From Isurus oxyrinchus (lineage: Eukaryota): a DNA stretch of 64,000 nt. Both the position numbers and the translations under genes were made by a program. Positions 1-13,079 of this stretch are shown here, one piece after another (within the stretch, counting starts at the first letter, position 1; each line of letters starts with the position of its first letter). Under the pieces are notes generated by a model, which worked only from the letters and a program-made list of their open reading frames with translations, searched no databases and was not told the origin of the DNA. The stretch lies in the NCBI GenBank assembly GCA_026770705.1, contig JANJGN010000002.1:220658001-220722000 (forward strand). The letters are read 5' to 3'.

Positions 1-67
1 GATATAACATTTTAAATAAAAATCTCTTTTTAATTTAATAAAACATATTTTATTGACTTAAAAATTG

Positions 68-385
68 AAACATACAAGATCCTGAGAAGTCTTGACAGGG
101 TGGATATGGAAATAATGTTTCCTCTTGTGGGAGAATCTAGACTACGAGTCGCTGTTTAAAAATAAGGGGTTGCCCATTTAAGACAGAGATGAGGAAGCAG
201 AGTCTTTGAATATTTTTAAGGCAGAGCTGGATAGATTCTTGATTAACAAGGGGGTGAACGGTTATCTGGGGTAGGCAGAAATGTGGAGCTGAAGTTGCAA
301 ACAGATCAGCCATGATCTTATTGAATAGCGGAGCAAGCTTGAGGTACCAAGTGGCCTACTCCTATTACTAATTTGTGTGCTCGTG
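68..385 (+). mobile_element. CR1 LINE 3' fragment
   Basis: ETYKILRSLDRVDMEIMFPLVGESR-like C-terminal ORF2 motif and CR1 3' tail. Confidence 0.8.
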
Positions 386-454
386 TAACTGCTTTATGTT
401 ATCATTCAAAAAAAAATAGATCTTTAATGAATATATCATTTTATTCTAAAAAAA

Positions 455-690
455 GAAAGAATTGGCATTTATAAAGTGGAGTGCAGGATGTCCCAAAGCT
501 CTTTACAGCCAATGAAGTACTTTTCAAGTAAGTCACTGTTGTAATGTGGGAGATGCATCAGCCAATATGCGCAGAGCAAGCTCTCACAAGTAGCAATGTG
601 ATAATAATCAGATAATCCCTTTTACGATGGTTGAGGAATAAAAATTGGCCAAAACACAGGGAGTACCATCTTCCTGCATGAGACACATCC
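455..690 (-). mobile_element. SINE fragment (tail of the Deu-type family seen at 25280)
   Basis: Reverse complement of the tail at 25560-25710 (gatgtcccaaagctctttacagccaatgaagtac). Confidence 0.6.
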
Positions 691-3600
691 AGGCCTACTG
701 CTCTGAATTCATTTGAACCCTGACCCATTTCCCCTGGGCTAAAGATCGGAATTTATGAATAGCAAGTTCCTGGTGGATTCCTGCCACCAGGAGAAAGGAC
801 ATATCATTAAGGAAGCCTCTCCAGAACAGAAAAGGCAGTAACAGACCTTAATAGAGTAAAAACAACCTTAAGATTTGGACCAGCTAAAAGCACTCAAGGC
901 CTTAGCTGAGAACAGGGCCTTCAGCCAGTAAGTGTTAAGAACAGTTAAGAAGCTGAGGAGGGCTTGGGTCTGAGTGGACATTGGGGCCCTTACCGCCATT
1001 TCCTGAGGCTTACTGCAACCGTCCCTGAGGAAAATTTGGGTAGAGGTAGCAAACAAGGAAGACAGCATGGAAATTCTCCAGGCATCTGAGCTCCATTTTA
1101 AAAGCCCCTCCTTCATTCTACACAAGCAGTGCAGGCTGGAATGGAGAAGTCAGCAGTGGTCCTGGCTCCTGTCAGAGGCAGGGAGAGGAAATCCAGTTGA
1201 GGTGGTGGTAGGACTCACTGCTGGGTTTTCCAGGATGCACTTGGAGCCTCTGGGAATTGAAGGTGAATCTTCAGGTCACTGCTGTGAGGAGCCAGGGAGA
1301 AAAATCATAAGGGCATTCAAAAAGAAAATTCTTTCAACATTTTCACTTATTACTTATAAAAATATTAGGCATGGGAACAAAGGGCTGCTTGACTGAAAGT
1401 CAAGAATCATTCAAACAAAGAGTTATTAGAGGCGATGAGGATGGTGGAATTGGGTGATCAATTTTGGGATGTTGGGGACAGGGTGGTTTGAGGCTTGAGA
1501 TCATGTGTTGAAGCCTCCAGGAATATGTCCAACCAGAGTTGGCAACTGTTGTATATTTTATATATTTGATTTACCTCAGAGCAGTGCAGAGATGACACAC
1601 TTTCGGTCTCTACATATTCAATAGGTCTTATTTACAAGAGTTTTAAAACATCTCTGCAATCATGCTTGCAGCTCAGCTTCTCATAGCTTTTAGCAGCAGA
1701 GTCCACACCCCGGCTTAATCAATCAACTACAGTAAGCGCAGCTTGGTTACCAGACTGAAATAATCGAACACAGAACACAAACATTGAACACAACAGTAAT
1801 CGTTCCTACATTTTATTTCATTCTTCATTGCAATTGCAGAGGAGAATGACAGACCTTGTGTCCAACTGCTTAGACGAAGGACTGTTACCTATCATTTTCA
1901 TGACTGGAAACACTTTCTTTAGCATCCCCATGGATCATTAATAGCCTTAACTGACTCCTTAGATTATTGTTTATAATTTCTGTTACCTCTGTAACATGCA
2001 ATTCATGTTGCTTTTATTAAAGTCTAAAAAAACAGAGAAATATGAACATTGACCTTCAAAGATACAAACACTTTAAGCTATGGAGAGCTGGGAGAAATAA
2101 AAAATGAGAATTACTGAAATGTGTATAAAGTGGGATCAGAGGGAATTCAAAAGGCAAATTGTAAACAGAATTAAGCAGGATTTCATGGAACACTCAGTGC
2201 GCAGCTGCCTCACAATACCAGGTTCAGTAACTTCCAAGAACCCAATCTCTCAAAGATAGATTCAGCTTGCACTACTTAAACAAAAATAACTCAGCAAAAA
2301 ACTTACCAGAGAGTTATGAAAATGATAAATAATTATTAGATTTTTTATTAATGGTAAAGCTGTGCCTTATTTGTGTACATCTAAAACTATAAAGAGGTAG
2401 CACAAAACCCCCATGATAGCAAGACTATATCAAGGACAGAATTAAATGGTCAGACAATAGAGAGGGACAAATTAGTGTGGCAACATTACATTAATAAAGT
2501 GAAATGTAGCTTTAAGAAGGACAGCATAAGTTGATTATAGCTTACGAACCTATAACATGTTATTCAAATTGAAACATTGGTAAATGCATACAGTATAAAA
2601 CATGTACTTGGGTGGATTACTTCTGTAATCTCTCATAATACAGGAAAGTAAAGGTATTCTTCAGTTAATGTCCATTAGAGGGCATCGGTGTGCTTTTTAA
2701 ACCTATATTTTACAGTTGTATTGAGCCATAGCTACTTGTTTCTCTCTCTAAAAGAGAGATATGCCTATGGTCCTTTGTGGACTATGGTTAATTACTTACT
2801 CACCTAATCTACTTTATGAGTGAATCCTATGGCATCCATATTAGTTAGACTTGCCCTTGCCGGTTTAATCATGATGATATTTTTCACGGCAAGTTGCTGA
2901 AAGTGTGAACTGATAATGACAAAGCTGGAGGGAAACAGGGCAGGTGACTGCCTATCACCTTAACCATATCAGATGGAAGGACTGAGGAATAAACAGTACA
3001 TGGACTGAGAAGGAAAGTGTCAATTTGAGTGGGTGAATTCAAAGTCAAATCAGATACAGAAAAAGAAACAAAGCGAGGGAAAGAAAGATTGGATTGGGAG
3101 AGAAAATATAAGACATAAAGGAAAAGATTAAAAGAAATATTAAGTTTGAAGTTTTACATTTTAAAGATCTCCAGCAACAATTAAAACCTGCAGGAATGAT
3201 CTCCACACTTCCAGTAGTTAATTACTCTCCTGGAGAAGTTGTTTGGCAGTAATTAATAATTTTCACATTGTTAAAAGGGCACTTAGATTGAAATGGCCAA
3301 GAGTTGACTTTCTGTGCTGAGTTTAGCTCATGTCTGCCACACAAATACAGCAACTTCACATTGTTCAATATCTTTTAATGGTGAGGCTGACAGTGAGATG
3401 CTACTTTCACAAAGCTAATGGTGGCACTGCACAACTGGGACAGCAAAACTTTTAGATTTTTGAGTTCAATAACATTCCTGCCTAACCCCTCATTTGAAAT
3501 TATTGTAACATTTGTGCATACATAATAGGGAGCCCCATTAGCCTCACCATCATTCTAACAGCAAATTATTGACCAATAAGATAGCTAAGCAGAACTGCAG

Positions 3601-3952
3601 GGACCACAAGGCAAATACAACTTGCTGACATCTGTCTATTGAATGGTTACTCTGTATCATATAAATGCTCAACCTATAAATGTGGCAAAAACTGACCAAC
3701 AACTTAAAATCTGGCAGCGCAGCAAACAACTGACAAGTCACAAACAGCCCTGATTATAAGCTTGTAAGACATTGCTTTCCATCAAACTCCTCACGTTTCA
3801 CAAAAACACTGAGAGACATTTTAACGCTACCCACCCACCCCATTGCAATTTTCACTGAGGTCTAAGCAGCGAAGAAAAAAGTTAAGTTTTTCTTTTTTTC
3901 TCCTGTGGATGGACCAGAAGGAGTAGGAGTACTCCTCCATGCCTCACCTAGA

Positions 3953-4751
3953 GAGATCATAAGACATAGGAGCAGAAATTAGGCCATTCGGCCAATTGAG
4001 TCTGCTCCGCCATTCAATCATGGCTGATAAATTTCTCAACCCTATTCTCCCGCCTTCTCCCCATAACCTTTGATCCCCTTACCTATCAAGAACCTATCTA
4101 TCTCGGTCTTGAATACACTCAATGACCTAGCCTCCACAGCCTTCTGTGGCATTGAATTCCATAGATTCACCATCTCTGGCTAAAGAAGTTTCTCCTCATC
4201 TCTGTTCTAAAAGTTCTTCCCTTTACCCTGAGGCTGTGACCTCAGGTCCTAGTCTCTCCTACTAATGGAAACATCTTCCCCATGTCCACTCTATCCAGGC
4301 CTTTCAGTATTCTGTAAGTTTCAATCAGATCCCCCCTTATCCTTCTAAACTCCATCGAGTATAGACCCAGAGTTCTCAAATGTTCCTCATATGTAAGCCT
4401 TTCATTCCTGGGATCGTTCTCGTGAACCTCCTCTGGACCCTCACCAGGGCCAGAACATCCTTCCTGAGAAGGGGCCCAAAATTGCTTACAATATTCTAAA
4501 TGTGGTCTGACCAGAGCCTTATTAAGACTCAGCAGCACATCCCTGCTTTTATATTCTAGTCCTCTCAAAATAAATGCCAATATTGCACTTTCCTTCCTAA
4601 CTACCAACTCAACCTTCAAGTTAAGCTTAAGAGAATCCTGGATTAGGACTCCCAAGTCCCTTGGCACTCCAGATTTCTGAATTCTCTCCCCATTTAGAAA
4701 ATAGTCTACACCACTATTCTTCCTCCCAAAGTGCATGACCTCACACTTCCC
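3953..4751 (-). mobile_element. CR1 LINE 3' fragment
   Basis: ORF 4242-4820: KCEVMHFG, RDLGV, LVRPHLEYC, RGDLIETYRIL. Confidence 0.92.
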
Positions 4752-5124
4752 GAGTTTAGACCTCCCCTGCCCTAGACTCACTCCTAAGTGCGAGATTTCT
4801 GTGAGATATCTCTGGGCCATTTCCTGCTGACTTCCTGTGCCAGGTGGGAACTCAGCTGGTGGGCTCTAAATGAAGCTGCTGAGTTAGAATAGGTCAGGCC
4901 ACATTTCTGTGACAGAGGATGGAGTTCACATTCACTTTGCTACCCACCCTCCCCTAAGCTGTTAAAATTGGAGTCACTATTTCCCCCTCCAATCACTCTA
5001 GTTTATGCTAGCACTCATTTCTCACGCCTTCACTTCGGTTTGACAATTTTCTCCAAGCTCCATCTCAACTCCAGCTGATAATTTTCATCCAAATCCATTG
5101 AGGCCATCTGCAACAAGGGAGAGT

Positions 5125-6075
5125 CTAACCACATCTCCTTAACATTCAACAACATTACCATCATTGAATCCTTCACCATCTGGCATTATCCTGGGGGTCA
5201 CCATTGACCAGAAACTGCACTAGACCATCCATATAAGTATTGTGGCTACAAGGGCTGGTCAGAGGCTGGGAATTCTGCGTCAATTAGCTCATCTTCCAAC
5301 TTCCAGGATCTTCTCCATAACCTAAACTGCATAAGTGGCCATTGCCTGCAAGTTCCCCTCCAAGCCACCCACCATCCTGGCTTGGAATTATATCACTGTT
5401 CCTTCACTGTCACTGGGTCAAAATCCTAGAATTCCCTCCCTAACAACACTGTGGGTGTACCCACACCATATGGACTGCAGCAGTTCAAAAAGGCAGCTCA
5501 CCACCACCTTCTCAAGGACAATTAGAGATAGGCAATAAATGCCAGCCTAGCCAGTGATGCCCACATCCCACGAATGAATACATTTTTAAAAAGTCAGCAC
5601 TGTAATGGAATACGTTCCACTTGTCTGGAAATGTGCAGCTCCGTCAACACTCTTAAGAGCTCGACATCATCCAGGACAAAGCATCCTGCCTGATCGACAT
5701 CCCAAGCACCACCTTAAATATTCACTCCCTTCACCACCGACACAGTGACAGCAGTGTATGCACAATGCACTGCAGCAACTCCCCAAAGCTTCTTCGACAG
5801 CATCTTTCAAACCCATGACCTCTAACACCTAGAAGGAGTGGGGAAACAGATGCATGAGAACACCAGCACCTGCAAGTTTTCCTCCGAGTCACTCCCCTTC
5901 CTGACTTGTAAATATATTGCCATTTCCTCACTGTCACTGGACCAAAAACCTGGAACTCCCTTCCTAACAGCACTGTGGGAATATCTCCTCACATCCACCT
6001 CCACCTTCTCAATAGAGATGGCAATACATTTTTATCTCATCAGTGACTCACAAACCCGTGAATGAATAAATATAA
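5125..6075 (+). mobile_element. Two rearranged LINE 3' fragments (CR1-clade) with gaatgaata tails
   Basis: ILGVTIDQKL motif at 5190; duplicated ttcctcactgtcactgg...aaaatcctggaa...ccctccctaacag block and two tails. Confidence 0.65.
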
Positions 6076-6511
6076 ATAGACTGGCACTCTTATTTCAGTC
6101 CTTCCCTTCATGAGTTGCACCTTTACCCTCCACCCCCAAGTTCAAATTGACACACATTTCCCTCCACAACTCATTCAGTTTATTCTAATGTAGACCCTCA
6201 TCATTCTATCTCAGTTAATGATGGCACTTTCCTTTCTCCCTGACCCTAAAATGTCAGCTTCCTCTTCAGAGCACTGCTCTCGACTTCTCTTCCTTCCATT
6301 CTCCCCTTATTCCCTTCCTCACTCTGTCCTTCATTGTCACATGCCCTCTTACCTTTCTGCTCAATGTCACTCTTATCTCAATGTTGTTTAGTGAAAGAGC
6401 CTGCTGCTGCATGTTGTAGGCCAGAGTTGTGTTCTCTGATCTGAGAACTCCCAGCTACAGTGTGTAGCAGCTGGCATCACTTCCATTAGAAACTGGATTT
6501 GAGTAGGAGGG

Positions 6512-8026
6512 TGTCAGGAAAATATAGTAATTTTCATAATGTTATCGGAATTTATTGTAGAGTAATAATGGGGCCTATGTCTATGGGTCTCATCTGTGTG
6601 TATGTGTGTGCGTGGGACTTAATTGAATTAAACGCAGCTGGGGATAAGTTAGGTTTGAAATGTTAAGTAGGTAAACATAGTGTAAAAAGGGAACATTTGC
6701 ATTTTTAAATAACTCAGCCTAGCTTGATTTCAAAAGAGGGAGTGAAATGTTTCACCTAGCCAGAAGAAATTAAGAAACAGTAGCCAGAATTTTTCTGTTG
6801 GCGAGCTGGGGGCGGGGCCCGCTCGCTGACATGAAAATGACGTGGGATGATGTCAGTGAGGAACCCCCGACGTCATCCCACCCCATTTAAATATTCAGGA
6901 AGGTGGGCGGATAGCGCAATCAGCTGTCCGCCCACCAACCTGTCAATGGCTAACTGAGTCCACTGACAGGATAATTAAGCCAATTAAAGGCCCTGCCCGT
7001 CCAACTTTAAGGCTGGCGGGCAGGCCAGGAGCCTCAGCGGGCTTCTGAAAAAACAAGAAACCTCATTCACTGGTGGGATGAGGTTTCATGTCTGTTTTAA
7101 AAACTTTAATAAACTTTATGTGATATTTATTAACATGTCCCATCTCGTGTGACATTGTTACATAAGGAGGACATGTTAATAATTTTTTTATTTTTTAAGT
7201 TTATAAAACTTTCAGCACTCTCCCTGAGACAGCACTTGGTCTCAGGGAGATGTGCACTCTATCACACGCATGCGTGAAAGAGCGCACTCTGACAGTTGGG
7301 GAATCCCTCCCTCCCGCACAGGAAGCGCATAGCGCTTTCCGTCGGGTGGCCCGCTGGGTGGGCCTTAATTGGCCCGCCCACTCAAGATGGCAGTAGGACC
7401 CGTTTCAGCGGCGGCGATTGGCTGCCTGCCCTTCAAGGGCAAAATTCTAGGCCAGTGTGTTTATTTTAAAATTCGTACTATGACAGATTTTTAGTATACG
7501 AGAAGTAAAGACCAAAGACATAGTGAAACAATGGGAATTTGCATTCAAAGGGGAAAATATGTATAAATGAGCCAAGGCTACATGTAAGAGTAGGCATTCA
7601 AAGATCTAACAAGTGTGAAAGCCTTCAGCATGTAAGCATCAGGCTGCTGTTTACAAAGAACTGAAGTTAAGAAAACTGACTTTGAATTGGATTGTTCTGT
7701 TTCTTTGCCTGGGTATTTTAGAATCCATGTGTCTTTCTGTTGCCTTAACAAAGGTGTAACTGGGAGTAAGATTTACTAGGGGATTTAGAAGTTATCAATA
7801 GTAGTAATTTATAGATCAATGTGTTAACATAAAACTCATTCCTTCTATTAAAAAATGGTTAATTTAGTTTTGAAAGAAACCTACAAGTCTTGGTGGTCTT
7901 ATTACTACTGAATTCAAGGCACGCATCTTGAGATTTATAAAAATTGCAAAACAGTTGTGGCAGTTGTTTCAAGTTTCCCTTTGGGTTTTGAGCATCTCAA
8001 CATTTACCATTGGCTGTGCCATAACA
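6512..8026 (+). mobile_element. Solo LTR-like repeat (TG...CA), interrupted by a MITE
   Basis: Starts TGTCA, ends ATAACA; clearly homologous to 15185-15925 (+) and 57555-58145 (-). Confidence 0.6.
6782..7453 (-). mobile_element. Harbinger-derived non-autonomous element (MITE)
   Basis: TIRs agccagaatttt / aaaattctaggcc, perfect 3-bp TSD AGT; reverse-complement similarity to 22154-22818 and to the end of the 49929-54090 element. Confidence 0.85.
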
Positions 8027-8469
8027 GAGAGGCACTAAGGACACAGAGCCTGGAGTCTCCTCACTCTTTTTCTGGCAAATTCTGACACAGTGACTGAGCC
8101 CCCAAACCGTTGACTGTCAGTGTGAGATAATGATGGTGGATGTCCCCCACAGAGTCAGTCAGAAGCAAAACCAAGCTGTAGTATGTGTAGGTTGAGTCTA
8201 TTTGTCAGCAAAAGAAATGTCTTTAATGACTGCCTTTTCTTCAGCAGGAGGCATTAGGTAGCAAGCAAGAGCATTAAGCCCTGCTGATTTGATCCACTCC
8301 CTAATGTAAGAAAGGAGCAGGTGTAGGCCATATGTAGGCCCCTTCGAGCCTGCTGCGCCATTCAGAGAGGTTATGAAAGATCTTCTACATAATCGATTTT
8401 ATCACCTTATCCCTTCTTTGAAGGATTGTTCCCAATTTCCCAAGAGGTCCCGGAATTGAAAGTAAAAGC

Positions 8470-8880
8470 CTGCATTTAAAAAGCAGCTTTTACATGTTCA
8501 GAATATTCCAACATGCATCACAGTCAATGAATTACCTTCTTAAATGTCACTTTTGCTGTGGGCATTTACGTCAGCAACCCTGTACATAACAAGATCCCAC
8601 AAATAGCAAATTAGGCAAATGACCATTCTATCTAGTCTTTGCTGAGGGACCCAGGGAGGGATGTATATCAGGGTGCTGGAACAGCTTATCCAAATAGTGC
8701 CACGAAATCATTAAATCTACCTCACCAGACAAGGAGGAACTTGGTTTAATATTTCATCCCCCAACAATGCAGCATCCCCTCAGTTCTGTGCTAAAATATC
8801 AATGTAGATTGGCTTTGCAGGTCTTGAAGTGACCCCACAACCGTCTGACTTGGTAAGAATCTGACTGAGGCCAGCTATAG
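8470..8880 (-). mobile_element. Degraded Deu-type SINE
   Basis: Reverse-complement similarity to 25280-25710 (aagatcccacaaa, gcagcatcccctcagt). Confidence 0.55.
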
Positions 8881-9129
8881 CATGTTGTTGCTCTATTTCA
8901 GGTCAACAAAGGGCAGGCAAAAATCCACACTGCCGGGATCAGTTTGATTTTCTGCTATCCTTCTGTATTTTCTGAAGTATATATATATAGATCTTTGCAG
9001 CACAATTCATGATTAGCTTACCTCTGCACTTTGGACAATTCAATAAACCTTCTTGTAGTGTTTAACTATCAGGTTTGATGCATCTGTTGAGTGCACAGCA
9101 TTTATCAGCAAACAAATGGAATATATCAA

Positions 9130-9345
9130 ACCTCGTGCCTTTTTTGAGTTACCAAGAAGCTTGGGGAGCATGTCCCAGCTGCTTTCTCCATGGCTAGTTG
9201 ATTTACCAACCAATCAGCACCCTTTTCTCATGTAGTCTGAATTATTCTGGTCGTTTGAAATTCGGCATTCTTGCGTTTGTCCTGATGAGTGCAAGACGAA
9301 AAGCTTCAGCAACACATCTCTCTTTTCAGCAATATTCTAAATGCT
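9130..9345 (+). mobile_element. Penelope-like element terminal repeat (family B)
   Basis: Homologous to 33720-34030, which follows a Penelope RT/GIY-YIG ORF remnant. Confidence 0.75.
9269..9312 (+). ncRNA. Type I minimal hammerhead ribozyme motif
   Basis: ttgtc-CTGATGA-gt gcaag ac-GAAA-agct-TC-agcaa: intact CUGAUGA/GAAA core, short stem II, palindromic stem III, NUH site UUC. Confidence 0.75.
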
Positions 9346-9879
9346 AAAGACAAAAAATGCTGGGAAATCATTGCTGGGGAAGAAAATGCTAGGAAGTGAA
9401 ATCAAAAGAATTCAGAAGATATTTTCCATACTTAAGTCTGTACAGAGATCCACAGTTCAACTCTCAAGTTAGAATCAGTGACCCTCCCCTCCTAGACCCC
9501 ATCTCACCATGACTGCCTTTGCCTTAAAAATCACCACTAAAGATCATGATATTGCCTTCCAGCTCCAATACTTTCTGAAAATGTCGATCGCTTCATTCCC
9601 ACCCCGCCTGCCTACCAGCCACCTGGTCACTTCTTTCAGCCATGGTGGTACAGAGAAGGAAATAAAAAGGTCAGTGGAACTGGAATACGGCTAGAATACC
9701 AAATTTCACAGGACTAATGGAGGCTGACTGTTTATTGATTAGACAGGCGTTGAAAGGGTGGTGGAAGCAGATCTGGTTGAAGTGTTCAAATTGGATTGCT
9801 GCCTGAAAAGAGAAGATGTGCAAGGTTGGGTGAAAAAGCAGGGGAGTGGGACAAGGTGGAGTGCCCTTAAACTGAGTGA

Positions 9880-10195
9880 CCATTTTAGAGGGGAGTCAAG
9901 ACTCAACCACGTTGCCGTAGGTCTGGAGTACCATGCACGGCCAGACCGGGTAATGATGGCAGATTTCCTTCCCTAAAGGACATTAGTGAGCCAGATGGGT
10001 TTTTATGCAATCGATGATAGTTTCATGGTCACCATTACTGAGACTAACTTTTGATTCCAGACTTTATTTTCAATAATCAATTGAATTCAAATTCTTCCAG
10101 CTGTTGTTGTGGGTTTTAAGCCTTTGTACCCAGGGTGTTAGCCTGAGCCTCTGGATTACTAGCGCCAATATTATTGCCAATATGCCACCATATTC
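9880..10195 (-). mobile_element. tRNA-derived SINE
   Basis: Same family as 16380-17380 and 51436-51808 (gcagatttccttccctaaaggacattagtga...). Confidence 0.8.
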
Positions 10196-10199
10196 CCCA

Positions 10200-10480
10200 A
10201 CTGTGTCTACCATCTAAATGATGCACTGCAGCAACTCACCAAACCTTCTTCAGCAGCACCTCGCAAACCTGCAACCTACAACCTAGAAGTACAAGGGCAG
10301 CAGATGAAACATAAATCTTCCTCTCCAAGTTTTCCAGCTTGATGGATATTTATCATTGTTCTTCTTTCCACCTGGACCAAACTCCTCGAAGTCTCCACCT
10401 AACATGAGGTAGACGTTTCTACAGCACATTGACTGCAACAGTTCAAGAGAAAGACTCACCACCATCTTTTCAAGGGCAAA
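10200..10480 (+). mobile_element. LINE 3' fragment (same family as 5600-6070)
   Basis: atgcactgcagcaactcaccaa...cttcagcagcacct shared with 5760-5830. Confidence 0.6.
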
Positions 10481-11671
10481 TTGTTATGATTCCCTAGGGG
10501 AGAACCATAAACCAAAATAACCAAATGTACTGTATGACCCCCAATTGAGGAAATTATAATCTAAAGTCCACTTTTTATAGCTTCTACTTTAACATGAATC
10601 TGAACTAACACAAAGTAAACATAAATTAACAAAACACCCAATGCTTAAAGCAAGAAGGTAAATTTCACCTTAAATATCCGATACAACAAAGATAGTCTTA
10701 TGCAACTGCAGGAATTCATATTACTTCCTCCACAAATGTGGCACTATGTAGCTATACAGTTGCACAATATGCTGTATTTTGTTTGCACAGGGAAGTAAGA
10801 AGCGCTATCAGACAACACCTTTCACCTTTGAGTTTCATGGGTATGATTATCATCAGCAAGGCAGACTTCTACAAACCTCCACTCTCTCTGGTCATGCTAA
10901 TCCTGATGGTGTAGCTTTCCAGAGTTCCTTTCCAACCAACTAACCAATAACATCTTGGTTCATGGTTTAGCCTCTCCCTGGAAAACACCAGCTCTTTTGC
11001 ATCTCTGAGCTATTCACACAGCTTTTCAGGTTTTAGACCTCTTTTAACCAGCTCGCACAATACCCCCAAGTGCTCCTGTCTCCATTTCTGCCAAACAGAA
11101 GAACTGACCTCTTCCTGAGAGTGATTTACTTCATCTCTTCACAATAATCCTCTGTGTCCCTCTTTCTGTCTCTGTCTGCTTTCTCTTTGTAGCCTGCATT
11201 TATGCATTGATCGCCTTCACCCTCCAGTTCATCTGCTTGTAGCTTTTATTTGTGTCTACCAGCCATGCAGCTTCTTCCCTAACTTTTTTCTTGTTGGTAT
11301 TGCTTCCAGCTCAAGTGTTGTCAAGTCACAGGACTGGTATTTCTTAATTATCAAGAAAACTGCAATTGATCCTTTTTCAATTGATGCAAACTCTTAAAAG
11401 TGCTTTTTAAACATTCTTAAAAACGATTACACAGACCTGTTAAAGAACTTACAAAATTTCCTCACTGTGCTGTTTCCGGGTCAAAGGTCACCACAAGCTA
11501 AGGATATGTCATAAACATTATCTAATCCTGAGAATGAATAAAACAACATCAAATTTCAACAAGTAAATTATTGTATTAAAATGCTTTGATGTGTTTGAAT
11601 GGTGAATAAGGAGGTAGATAAATGTCCTAAATAAGAAAGACCTTGCAACTTTCACAGGCTGTGTGTTTGAA

Positions 11672-12185
11672 GATGGAGGCTGGGATCTTCAGCTCTTCCT
11701 CTACCCATTTCTGGGAGAATCTGAGATAGCCGGGTGCGGTATATCAGATGGGATATTGTGTAATTGAGATTTTACTTTGGAAGCGTTGGATAATGTTTGA
11801 TATTGTCATCTATGTGGTATATTGAAATTATCTTATAAGATACCATCCACCATACTTTCTGCTAAATAACAGAAGGATGTGTTAGAGCTCAGGCTACACC
11901 TCTAAAAATCTGATGCTGTGATAGGCCTACAATACTTTCCTCAGTAAATTCAAATTCTATCAGCTGCCGTGGTGGGATTCAAGCAGCAGAAAGTATGGTG
12001 GATGGTGTCTTTTAAGATAATTTCAATACACTATCTAAATATATGGATGAAGATATTAAACGTTATCCATTGCTTCCAGAGTAAAACTCCAATTACACAA
12101 TATCCCATCTGATTTACAGTATCCGTCTATCTCAGATTCTCTGAGAAATGGGTGGAGGGAGAGCTGAAGATCCCAGCCTTCACCT
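11672..12185. repeat. Long inverted repeat, ~190-bp arms and ~120-bp spacer
   Basis: 11677-11863 is the imperfect reverse complement of 11985-12180 (e.g. aggctgggatcttcagctc / gagctgaagatcccagcct; ccatccaccatactttctgct / agcagaaagtatggtggatgg). Confidence 0.92.
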
Positions 12186-13079
12186 CCTCCCTGAATCTCC
12201 ATCCTGTGGACTCCTTCTGGAGGCCAAGGAGCATGTCAGATAGTCACCCAGTTCCAGGGGTACCTGCTTGTGCTGGGCTGACATCAAGACATGTCAAAGA
12301 TGCACCCAAATGGTGCAAAAAGCAGATGAACTGGGCCAGATATTTTGGCCAGTTAGGAAGATAAAATGTGCATGTGCTGGTTACATAGCCCCACTGTTAA
12401 GACAAGATTTCCTTACATTCCTATTACATTTCATACAATTCCCATGATGAAAGATAATTGTTCCTTTGTGACTGAAATACACTAGAGAGTGCCAGTTAGT
12501 TGTTGCCTTTGCTGGGTGCATTCGTCCAGTGACTAAAAGCTGTAATCAACAATATTATGCAATACCCAGGGGCATTCAGAAGTATTAATAATTTGTCAAT
12601 CTGACATTGTTTGCAGCAAAGTAACCTTATTGATATCCCAGTACAATATCTGAGGCCATATATGCAACATAATGTCCTGTCAGGCAGGGCTTGGTGTCGG
12701 TATAGACTCAATGGGCCAATCATAATGAATCTAGGACTTAATGGCTGCATAGTCAGATTAACTGCGATAAAATATATTCCTCCTTGGATACAGAGTCAAG
12801 AATTCTCAGTGAACGTTAAATCAACAGTGAGCTGTGCTAAAGAGCACGAGGGAACAGATATGATTAGCTCCCTTCTATTCCAAAAAGTACCCCAGCCCCA
12901 CTGACCCCCAACCCCAAACCCATGACCCCAAACTTATGTAGGCCATGTCACTATGGGCAAAACTTTACAGTAGTGGCATTTTACATTCCTGCTGAAGACA
13001 ATGGAATTTAGAATGGTACGCCACATTTTACAGCCCTGTACCCACCCCAACAGGGCTGCAAAATTCCAGCTTGTGTTAC

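Noticed and set aside
868-1396. Overlapping 85-aa and 109-aa ORFs
   Set aside because: No recognisable motif or splice structure; likely chance ORFs in decayed repeat DNA.
10482-11492. Possible LTR-like insertion (TG...CA) in a LINE tail
   Set aside because: No TSD, no second copy and uncertain ends.
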